NCBI RefSeq assembly: GCF_000195855.1
Contig: NC_002677.1
Location: 960,001-992,000 of the forward strand
Length of the DNA: 32,000 nt
Direction of reading: 5' to 3'
From: Mycobacterium leprae TN
GTDB lineage: Bacteria; Actinomycetota; Actinomycetes; Mycobacteriales; Mycobacteriaceae
Within the stretch, counting starts at the first letter, position 1. Each line of letters opens with the position of its first letter. The translations under genes were made by a program, and so were the position numbers. This document shows positions 12,876-21,985 of the stretch, piece by piece. The notes beneath the pieces were generated by a model. The model was given only the letters and a program-made list of their open reading frames with translations, did no database searches and was not told where the DNA came from.

Positions 12876-15800
12876 CCGGCTTGAACCGACGGGTTTGCGC
12901 TGTGACTAGATTTGTGGGTGATGATTCGCCACGCACGGCTGGATTAGTCGGTACCCTAGGACTGTCGCCCACCTACGAGCAAGCAGCCGCCATCGCCGTG
13001 CCGTAGGGTCCGTTTTGTCGTCATTACCGGTGCCGACAAAACGGAAACGATGGTCGCGCCGGTGGTCTGCGTTGGTCGTCAACGGCTGCGCCGAACTAGG
13101 CCGGGTTCTGTGCTTGATGTTCGACTGCAAGGCCGCCAGCTCAGCTGCTGCGCCGCGTTCGTTCCCGGTTGGTCGGTATCAGGCCCGGGGCTCACTAGTC
13201 CCGCGGTCCTGGCAGCCGTCGAATCGAGAATCATAACCTATCACGTTTGCGCCGGCTCGCTGCTCCATGACTATGGCTTGTTGTTACCCGTCGAGTTTGA
13301 CACCCGGTTGTTCAGCGAGACCGAGCTGTGGGCAGCTGCCCTTCGACGTCGTCAACGGGTATCGCGGCGAGTACGATACGGACAAGACCCCGACTTCGGT
13401 GACCTCAATGGTGTTGCCGGTTGTTGGGTCAACTCACGGAATATCTGGTGGATACCCAGCAGTTCTGTGACACCCATGTGGAACTGGAGTGGCTGGTGCA
13501 CGCCTTGTTTACTGGCTTCTACCAGAGTGACTGCGGCTCCAGCCAGTGGTTGCTGCGTATGTTGGTCACCCAGACTGGGCGCGCCGTGCTGGTGCTGCTG
13601 CTCGACGCGCTGGTTGAGTGGGTGCGCGTCGCGAAGATGATGGATTTCGGTGTTCAGATGGCCTGTGCGACGCGTTTGGCCGCGACGTTCCCGCAAGTCT
13701 GCTCAAGACCTGCGCAGTCGCTACCGGGTGGTGGTGCTCGGACGAGTACCAAGACACCGGACATGCCCGGCGCCTCACGTTGTCAGGGGACTGTTCGGGG
13801 GTGGCGGGAACGAAGGAGACGACGAACTGGCGTGGACAGTGGTAGGAATTCCCATTCCGTCCATGTACGGATGGCTTGGCGCTTCCGCGACGAACTTGCC
13901 TCGCTCCACCACCGACTTCCCTCGATCCAGGGATAGGACTATTCCGGTGGTAGAGCTGCGGGTCAGCTGGCGTAGTTCGCTGTGCACTCTACGCGTAAGC
14001 AACGACATATCTGCGGAAGCACGAGGATCGGTTGCGGTCCGCGCGCTGCGCTACTTCCCGACATGCGCGCCGGACGCGAGTAGATCGCCGACCACATATC
14101 CGCGCACTACCAGCACCGACGGCAGTCGGCTCGCCGACTGCCGTCGGTGCTGGTGCATTGTAATGAGGACACTGCACCCAATCGCTTATGCTCTGCACGC
14201 CCGCGGAATCCTGGTGGAAGTCGGTCGGCCGGGCCGGCCTGCTATCCATCCCTGAAGTCGCTGGTGTGGTAGTTGCTACGGTTCGTCGCTAATTCTACGA
14301 CCGGCGCTGCGGCAGTGCGTGTGTTGACTGGTCCCCGTTAGCAGCTTGGTGGTTGCGATGTAGCCCTGCTGCGGCGGGGCGTGTTGGTGTTGGGTGGGCT
14401 ACACTGCTGCGAGGTACGCTTTACCGGAGTAGATTGTTATGGCGGCCGGTAGTCTTGATGTTGATATCGTTTGTCTGACCGTCACGCTCGGCGGTCTCGG
14501 ACCAGACAGTTCGTATTCGGTTCCGGGCTATCAGCGTATCTGTGCGTTCGCCGGCGAACTAAATGCGTTACGCGGCCATCTGTGTAATTAGTTGCTCGAC
14601 CTGGTTGCCTAAATACGTCGTGTGCTGGGTGTCGACTGCGAAGTCCGAGCGCTGCCACCCAGCTCTCGGGTGCTTGGTCCGGTGCCGAACATCTTGACGC
14701 CTTCCCCTATGTGGTTGCCGAGTATGCCGAGCGGGCAATCGCTACGACGAGTGAGACCAATGCGTCGACTGCAGCTAAGCTGGCGCACTCGGTATTCCGA
14801 TGCTGGATCCATCGGATGTCGCCAAGCGAAAGCAGCTGTCGGGCAAGATCTTCGCTCATCGTCACCAATTTGAGCAATGGCGTGTCAGCGAGGAACGCCG
14901 TCTGTTGTACGTGGGCACCATTAGTGTCGAGGACACGTTGCTGGTCTTCAGGCATGGCGGGGTCCCACTGAGATCAAGCCGCCGCGGTCCTTTTGATTTC
15001 CTGTGTGCATTCAAGGACATTATCGACCGATCGGCCGCGGCCGGCGATCCCTGCGGGGTGGTGTAACAGTGGGAATCTTCTCCCGCCTTTGGTGCACGAA
15101 ATACGCTGATCGACAAAGTTATCGAAGTTTTTGTCTTGCTTATCTTACATGTTGTCCGGGATCCGCAGTGACGTCGAACACTGGGCAGCGTTGGTGGTCG
15201 TCACGATGGTGGACGATATGGCTAATCCCAGCACCGGTATCGAGGCTGGGTTACCGGCGTCGATGCCCTACTGGCCGAGTGTTCAAGCGCTGAAAGGTGT
15301 CTTGCCTGCACTCTGCCCAGTTATACCAGTTATTAAGTGTCGGTCACTGGTTTGGTGGGCCTGGCTCGAGATCCAATCGGTGCGGTTTGACCGCTAATAC
15401 ATCGGCTGCCTACTCGCCCGCATTACTGGGTAATGCGTTTCACGCCCGGGTTCATCGGTTCTACGGCGCAGAGCGGCTGTTCGATCTTGCTTACTTGCCA
15501 GGTGCTGCAGATTCCGACGTCGTAGACACCCGGGAGTTGGCCGAGTTGCAGGCGGCGTTTGGCCGGTAGCGGTAGGCTATCCGCACGTCCGTGGCGGTCG
15601 AGGTGCTATTCGAAATACCCAATCGGTGGTAACGCGCTGCGCGGTTGCGTTGACGCAGTGTTAGTCGATCTTTATGGTTACATCATCGTGATGGATTGGA
15701 TGACCGGTGAGTCGCCGCGCGGGGCGGAGGCCATGCGTCAGGCCGCCGTCTACCGCTTAGCGTGGGTGGTTTTGTGCGGATGCCCAGAGTCATCGGTGCG

Positions 15801-16060
15801 TGCGGACTTTATACTACTTGCGTAGCGGAGTTACGGTCACCCCCGATTAGTTGCTTGACGCTACCGATCTGGAGGGGCTGCTGGGTGATTACGTTGGCAG
15901 CTGCGCTGCCAACGTATGACGGGAGCTGTTCAACTACTTTTAGTGGAGCCAGCGATCGTGGTTACATTAGGTGTCGTGTACTAGGTTAAGGCAATGACAG
16001 ACCGCCGTGCGGAGCGGTAGGTTGCCGGCAGCGCGGCGGTCTCTATAGGACATTGGCTGC
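12876..16060 (+). pseudogene. AdnB-like helicase-nuclease subunit (Rv3201c-like), heavily degraded
   Basis: LGLSPTYEQAAAIAVP, then VVITGADKTETM (decayed Walker A region), AQLLRRVRS-like fragment, a VVGDDxQ-like region near 13.4 kb, LEWLVHALFTGFYQS, and the C-terminal region near 15.5-15.9 kb. Frames change repeatedly. Confidence 0.75.
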
Positions 16061-16094
16061 CCAGCCCTGGTGGGTTATCTATCCTGGTTGGTGT

Positions 16095-17080
16095 TCTGGC
16101 GTATCCCTGAGGTTCACTCTAGCCTTGTACGCGTGATCTACACGCCGAATGGTCATTGCTTTGGTGGTGTTGTTCGCGGCCACTGTTGTGGTCTACCTGG
16201 ACCGAAGCGGATACCATTAGATCGCCTTTAATTTGTGGCTGTGTCACTATCGGCGATCGACTACAACCACATCATTTTGTGTGCTCAAGCCGTGCGTTTG
16301 CTCCATACCGTGGTCTTTATGCCTCTGCGGATCGGGTTCTTAACTGTGTTGGTTGGCACGATGCTCGAAGGTCTTCTTCAAGCGATTGCGGCGGGTGTGG
16401 AAGATCCAGCTTTGGAGGAACAGAGTGCGCAACTACGCCATCGTTATCGGCTACGGTACCAAGGGTAAAACGGCGGTAACCGCGAGGCTAAGCCCTGAAG
16501 CTGCGCAGGGCTCGATGGTCGTCGTTGATATCGATCGAACTGCCCTCGACCACGCCTCGACCGACGGCCTGGTCACGGTGCACGGCGACGCCACCAAATC
16601 CGATGTGCTGCGGTTGGCTGGGGCCAGCATGCCGTCCTCGATCGTCGTCGCTACAGGTCGCGATGACACCGCCGTGTTGGTCATCTTGACGGTTCGGTAG
16701 CTGTCTCCTAACGTCAAGATCGTTGTGTCGATCCATGAGTACGAGAATGAGCACCTGTTACAGCAATCAGGTGCGGGCTTTGTGCTGGTCTCGTAGGCGA
16801 CCTCCGGTCGACTGCTCGGCCTTGGTGTCGCCACGCCCGGTGTCGTGCAAGTGATCGGGGGGGGGCTGCTAACTCCGCACACCGAATTGGTGATTGCTGA
16901 ACGTGAGATGAAGCAGACCGAGGTCGGCAGATCCCCGCGGCATTTGCGCGATATCGGGCGTGGTTATGGTGCATGACGGCTACTTACTGCGCATCGGTAC
17001 ACCTGAGGTGGGGGACGTCATTGAGGCCAGCGACCGGTTGCTCTATGTCCGACACGCAGTACTGGTGCTGTGTTGTGGGT
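16095..17080 (+). pseudogene. Ion channel plus RCK/TrkA-N potassium channel protein (Rv3200c-like)
   Basis: MPLRIGFLTVLVGTMLEGL; VRNYAIVIGYGTKGKTAVTARL...VVVDIDRTALDHASTDGLVTVHGDATKSDVLRLAGASMPSSIVVATGRDDTAVLVILTVR; later RHLRDI and VGDVIEASDRLLYVRHAV. Frameshifts between blocks. Confidence 0.83.
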
Positions 17081-17109
17081 GTTTTGTCGGTGGTGGGTGA
17101 AATGGCTGT

Positions 17110-17750
17110 TTTTGCGTTTTATGACTGGCCGATATGTTCGGTAGTCGTGGGGGGCAGCCCGGAATCCTGTTGACGTGTTTTGCTGTGTTGCGGGGTTTTT
17201 GTTGGTGGGTGGCTGACTGCCTGCTTTCGATGAGGCTTCGTGTGCTTTGCCGCAGTGGACACGATTAGCGCGGCGCACGTAAGCATGTCGGTGGTGGGTG
17301 CTGCTTGGTCTACATGTTGATGATGCCAGGGGCTGGGCACCTGGGCTGTGCTGAAGGCGATATCGATGCAGGCGTGGGTGTGAGGATAGTTGTTAGCGCC
17401 GCGGGGTAGGGGCGTTTTAGTGTGCATGTCATGGCCTTGAGGTGTCGGCGTGGTCAATGTGGCCGCACCTGAACAGGCACGTCCCCGTGCACGGTATAAC
17501 TATTCGCACCTGATGTTATCCCTTGCACCATTTCTGCCGCTGGTATCGGTGTCGGCGGCTTGTTGACCGGCCCTCAGCCAGCAAGCAGGCATGCCGCCGG
17601 GTGCAGCAGTATCGTGTTAGTGAACAGTGCATCGATGATCCGGCCGTCGGCGGCACATACGGCAACCTTCTAGCGCAGATCAACCACCCACACCCCACCA
17701 GCCCACCACAACACCACCACCCAAACCAAACCAGCAAAAAATAACCACCA
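17110..17750. repeat. RLEP dispersed repeat element of Mycobacterium leprae (approximate boundaries)
   Basis: TGCATGTCATGGCCTTGAGG at 17423-17442 and TTCTGCCGCTGGTATCGGTG at 17532-17551 match both RLEP PCR primers as recalled, giving a 129 bp product. Outer boundaries are estimated, not observed. Confidence 0.88.
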
Positions 17751-17782
17751 AATGACCATCACGACGACACCTTGAGGCGGTT

Positions 17783-18178
17783 TCAGGACCGACATTCTGA
17801 GCAGGTGCCAAAGATTTCGATGGTGTGGCTAACGTCAGAGAATCCATGCTTGGCGGCCACTTCTGCCGCCCATGCCTCGACTTCGTGGTCGCCGACCTCG
17901 ATAGTGGAACCGCAGCCTCGGCACACCAGATGGTGGTGATGCTGCCTGGAACATCTGCGGTAGACCGATTCACCGGTGTTGGTGCGCAACGTGTCGACCA
18001 TTCCCGCCTCTGCCATCGATTGCAGGGTACGGTAGACGGTGGTCAAGCTGATATTATTGCCGCGGCGGCGCAGCTCGTTGTGAAGCTCCTGGGCTGAGCG
18101 GAAGTCATCGACCGTCTCCAACAGCGTTGATATTGCCGCGCGTTGTCGGGTGGAACGGACGCTGGCTCCAGTCATCAT
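17783..18178 (-). CDS. zur: Fur-family zinc uptake regulator Zur/FurB (Rv2359-like)
   Basis: 131 aa; STRQRAAISTLLE...NISLTTVYRTLQSMAEAGMVDTL...HHHHHLVCRGCGSTIEVGDHEVE...EIFGTCSECRS, with Zn-binding CxxC pairs. Confidence 0.93.
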   Translation of the reverse strand: MMTGASVRSTRQRAAISTLLETVDDFRSAQELHNELRRRGNNISLTTVYRTLQSMAEAGMVDTLRTNTGESVYRRCSRQHHHHLVCRGCGSTIEVGDHEVEAWAAEVAAKHGFSDVSHTIEIFGTCSECRS

Positions 18179-18251
18179 CTGCGCCGCTTCCCTTCATCGC
18201 GTCGTCCCTCGCAAGCGAGCGGTGCCTCTACTGCATCGTAGCTGGCGCGGG

Positions 18252-18674
18252 TCACAGTGCATCCACGCCAGCGTGGGCGACGGCATCGACGACGATGTGC
18301 GTCAGGTGGTAGTCAGCAAGCCGGTAAAGCATTTCGCGTCCGGAGCGCTCTCCGGCGACGATCCCCGCCCCCTTGAGGATTTTTAGGTGTTGGCTAACCA
18401 GTGGCTGTGGTATGCCCAGTGCGTCGACTAGTTCGTGGACGCATCGCTGCGATTCGCGCAGTTGCAGCACGATGGCGATGCGAACGGGTGCGGCTAGTGC
18501 GCGCAACAGCTCCCCGGCTGCATCCAGAGTCTCGCGCGGTGGGGGTGCGGGGTAATCCGCTAACCTCGAAATCCCATCAGCGCCGTGCTCGTGCCCCTCA
18601 ACTAAACCTGAGCTTAAGTCGGTGGTCGTGGATGGGAGGTCAACGGTGGTCGATGTTGACGGGGACGTCACCAT
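18252..18674 (-). CDS. smtB: ArsR/SmtB family metal-responsive repressor (Rv2358-like)
   Basis: 140 aa; LLRALAAPVRIAIVLQLRESQRCVHELVDALGIPQPLVSQHLKILKGAGIVAGERSGREMLYRLAD. Same strand as and directly upstream of zur. Confidence 0.92.
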   Translation of the reverse strand: MVTSPSTSTTVDLPSTTTDLSSGLVEGHEHGADGISRLADYPAPPPRETLDAAGELLRALAAPVRIAIVLQLRESQRCVHELVDALGIPQPLVSQHLKILKGAGIVAGERSGREMLYRLADYHLTHIVVDAVAHAGVDAL

Positions 18675-18735
18675 ATTTAGGTCATCACCTTCGAGGAGTA
18701 CCTGGTATTGAATTCGTTAGGGTAATTCCACCGTC

Positions 18736-18755
18736 ACATGCGTGATGGCGCATGT
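18736..18755. promoter_or_regulatory. Inverted repeat ACATGCG-N6-CGCATGT in the smtB-glyS intergenic region; candidate operator
   Basis: Perfect 7 bp arms (ACATGCG tgatgg CGCATGT) in the divergent intergenic region. Function not established. Confidence 0.3.
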
Positions 18756-18840
18756 CAAAGCTGGTGGAGGTGATCGCTACCATGACTGATGCTTTGCGCA
18801 CACGGATCGTTGTTGCGCGACCGTTCGGATTAGAAAAGGA

Positions 18841-20232
18841 GTGCCCTGCCTCGTGGCATCCGTCATCGATACAGTAGTTAACCTGGCCAAGCGGCGCGGC
18901 TTTGTCTATCCTGCGGGTGAGATTTACGGCGGCACAAAATCGGCGTGGGATTACGGTCCGCTCGGTGTAGAGTTCAAGGAGAACATCAAGCGGCAGTGGT
19001 GGCGCTCGGTGGTGACCGGACGTGAGGATGTCGTGGGAATCGATTCGTCGATCATCCTGCCGCGACAAGTATGGGTGGCGTCTGGCCACCTCGAGATCTT
19101 CCACGACCCACTGGTCGAGTCATTGATCACCCACAAGCGCTACCGTGCTGACCATCTGATCGAGGCCTACGAGGCTAAACATGGGCAGTCGCCGTGTAAC
19201 GGCCTGGCTGATATTCGCGATCCGGACACCGGCGAGCCCGGTCAGTGGACGGAGCCTCGGGAGTTTAACTTGATGCTGAAGACTTATCTCGGACCGATCG
19301 AGACTGAGGAGGGGTTGCACTATCTGCGGCCCGAGACAGCGCAGGGCATCTTCATCAACTTTGCAAACGTGGTGACGACCGCCCGCCGCAAGCCTCCGTT
19401 CGGTATTGGACAAATTGGCAAGAGTTTTCGTAACGAGATCACCCCGGGAAACTTTATCTTCCGCACCCGCGAGTTCGAACAGATGGAGATGGAGTTTTTC
19501 GTGGAGCCATCGACCGCGCGGGACTGGCACCAGTACTGGATCGACACCCGGATGCAGTGGTATGTCGAACTTGGTATCGATCCGCAGAACCTGCGGCTGT
19601 TTGAACACCCGAAGGACAAGTTGTCGCACTATTCCGACCGTACCGTCGATATCGAATACAAGTTCGGTTTTGTCGGTAACCCGTGGGGAGAATTGGAAGG
19701 TGTTGCCAACAGAACCGACTTCGACTTGTCAACGCACGCAAGGTATTCCGGAGTTGACCTGTCGTTCTACGATCAGGTCAACGATACTCGGTACACGCCA
19801 TATGTCATAGAACCGGCAGCCGGTCTGACTCGATCGTTCATGGCGTTCTTGATTGACGCCTACACCGAGGATGAAGCCCCAAATACCAGGGGCGGGATGG
19901 ACAAACGTGCGCTGCTTCGACTGGATCCGCGGTTGGCACCGATTAAGGCCGCTGTGTTGCCGCTATTCCGGCACGTCGATTTGAGCCCCAAAGCCCGTGA
20001 CTTGGCCGCAGAATTGCGTAAATGCTGGAACAGCGAATTCGACGATGCCGGCGCCATTGGGCGACGCTACCGACGCCAGGACGAGGTTGGTACGCCGTTC
20101 TGTGTGACAGTGGACTTCGAGTCACTTGACGACAACGCCGTTACCGTGCGCGAGCGTGACGCCATGACGCAGGAGCGGGTCGCGATGACTAACGTTGCCG
20201 ATTATCTTGCAGTGCGGCTCAAAGGTAGCTAG
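18841..20232 (+). CDS. glyS: Glycyl-tRNA synthetase
   Basis: 463 aa; class II aaRS with [85 protein letters not shown]. Confidence 0.97.
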   Translation: MPCLVASVIDTVVNLAKRRGFVYPAGEIYGGTKSAWDYGPLGVEFKENIKRQWWRSVVTGREDVVGIDSSIILPRQVWVASGHLEIFHDPLVESLITHKRYRADHLIEAYEAKHGQSPCNGLADIRDPDTGEPGQWTEPREFNLMLKTYLGPIETEEGLHYLRPETAQGIFINFANVVTTARRKPPFGIGQIGKSFRNEITPGNFIFRTREFEQMEMEFFVEPSTARDWHQYWIDTRMQWYVELGIDPQNLRLFEHPKDKLSHYSDRTVDIEYKFGFVGNPWGELEGVANRTDFDLSTHARYSGVDLSFYDQVNDTRYTPYVIEPAAGLTRSFMAFLIDAYTEDEAPNTRGGMDKRALLRLDPRLAPIKAAVLPLFRHVDLSPKARDLAAELRKCWNSEFDDAGAIGRRYRRQDEVGTPFCVTVDFESLDDNAVTVRERDAMTQERVAMTNVADYLAVRLKGS

Positions 20233-20899
20233 TGGAAGTGTTCTCGGGTCGTTTGAGCGTGTCGGGGCCCTACTGTCAATGATATACCGCGAAGCGCTGC
20301 AGGGTGTCAGTGTGAACGAAGTTGTTCGCTGATTGAGTTTGATTGTTGCGCGATGTCGTAGCACCGTTCTACCGCGGACTGGGCTCTGAGTCGAGATGGT
20401 TGCCGCTTGTCCATCCCGGGTTGGGGTCATTTGCTGCCCAGCACGCCCAGAGTGACGCGGTTACTTTCCGTGCGATCGGTTACTTTCCACCGTAGATCCG
20501 TGACAACGACCCCAATAGTGGTCCGACGAAGGTCATCTTGCTGTACTATCCAGCGCTGCGTCGCCAATCCCCTGAAACTGTAGAGGTTTTGTTTGTAGTG
20601 GGGGTGATTGTTGGTGTGAAGCTGGGAGCTGCGTGATTCGGCGGGGCAGGGCTCTGTGCTTGCCATTGCTCCTGCGCGGTGCTGGGCGGAAAGAACAGCG
20701 GCGGTGGAGCCGCTTCCATCTGGGTTCGTGTGATTTGTCCGTGGTCGGGCTGGGTGCCAGGTGTCGCGTTGTTCGGCTGTGTGCAGATGTGTTCGTAATC
20801 GATCGGACTGAGCATGCCGTTGGTGGGATGCTTATGTGCCCTGTTAAGTTGTTAGTCCAGCAATAACTGCGTGGAACAGTTTCTTACCGGTTATGGATT

Positions 20900-21985
20900 A
20901 TGGAAGTGGTTGTTACGCAATCATTACCATTCAATGGGGGAGTTCGAAGATTCCCCGACAGCATCGTCAAGATCGGACCCGGTACGCCCTATCGACTGCG
21001 TGACATCGCCTTGATCGGTTTGGAAAATCACTCTGGCTACCGACCCACAGAGAACCGCGGTGGCCATACACAACGCTGCTCGCGCCAACGCGGCGTTGTG
21101 GTGGATGTCTATGGCAAAATTGGGCACTCGCCGTAATGCAGGTTCAGCACCGAGGCCAGATGCAGTTTGCCTTCATCGACCGAAATCTCGGTCAGACTCC
21201 CCATCCATACCACGTTCGGCTCCTCGTGCGGAGTGAAGTACCAACGTAGCAAGTCCGGGGCCTTACGTGCCGATTTATTCGGCTTGGTGGTGCCGCACCG
21301 GCGGCGTGTGCGTCGAACTGCTAAACCCTGTTCGCACATCATCGCCGCCACGGTGTTGGGCGCGACCCGCCAACCCATTGCCCGCAGATCGGTAGTGATA
21401 CGTGGTGAACCATAAGTTTGCTTGTGTTTGTGAATCAGGTAGACGACGGTGGCAGCCAAGGTGTTTTTCTCCGCTGACGACGCGGTGAGCCATCCCCATG
21501 GGGCCACTTGTGAAACCACGCTTATGCCGCGCCCACTGCCCGGCGCAACATCACATGCGCGGGATTAGTGTGCCGCACCCTCTCTGGGTATAGTACTCAG
21601 CGCTGCCAGGCTCACTGCCGCATCGCTTCTTTGATCCAGAGGGCTGCTGAGTGCTTGAGTACCTCGCGCTTCATCGCCAATTCGGCGTTCTTTTTACGCG
21701 GCCGGTTAAGCTCCTCGCGTTCGCTCTGTTTCAACGGGACCTCACCGTCTCGAGCACGCGTCGGTCCAGATTCGCCTACAAGTCTAGCGTGCCTTCGTGC
21801 AGCCCCAGCTCCCGAGCCACCTGCGCGATCGGTTTACCCGTCCCCGAACGATACGAGACCGTTCCCTCACAGAACTCTCGATCGACACTTCGTCTTTCCA
21901 TCACCATCACTTCCTTCAAGACGATATCTCTACGGTACGTAGGGGAAGCCCAAAATACGGGCTCTGTTGGTGCGGACAAGTTTTA
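20900..21985 (-). mobile_element. IS3-family insertion sequence remnant (orfA plus orfB fragments), degenerate
   Basis: orfA start MERRSVDREFCEGTVSYRSGTGKPIAQVARELGLHEGTLDL (21979 down). orfB fragment HKHKQTYGSPRITTDLRAMGWRVAPNTVAAMMCEQGLAVRRTRRR...WMGSLTEISVDEGKLHLASVLNLH (21519-21109). Integrase-core tail RVIFQTDQGDVTQSIGRTGSDLDDAVGESSNS (21127-20924). Confidence 0.85.

Noticed and set aside
13352-13696. 114 aa minus-strand ORF and overlapping plus-strand ORFs up to 201 aa (13650-14255)
   Set aside because: Embedded in the degraded AdnB region; these are chance open frames or partial pseudogene frames, not separate genes.
17119-17737. 112 aa and 73 aa ORFs inside the RLEP-like region
   Set aside because: Low-complexity His/Thr/Pro-rich translations inside a dispersed repeat. 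RLEP is not known to encode a protein, so these are unlikely to be real genes.
20440-20510. Short direct repeat CGGTTACTTTCC occurring twice near 20457-20491
   Set aside because: Only two short copies with no regular spacing or flanking array. Not a CRISPR or meaningful tandem repeat.
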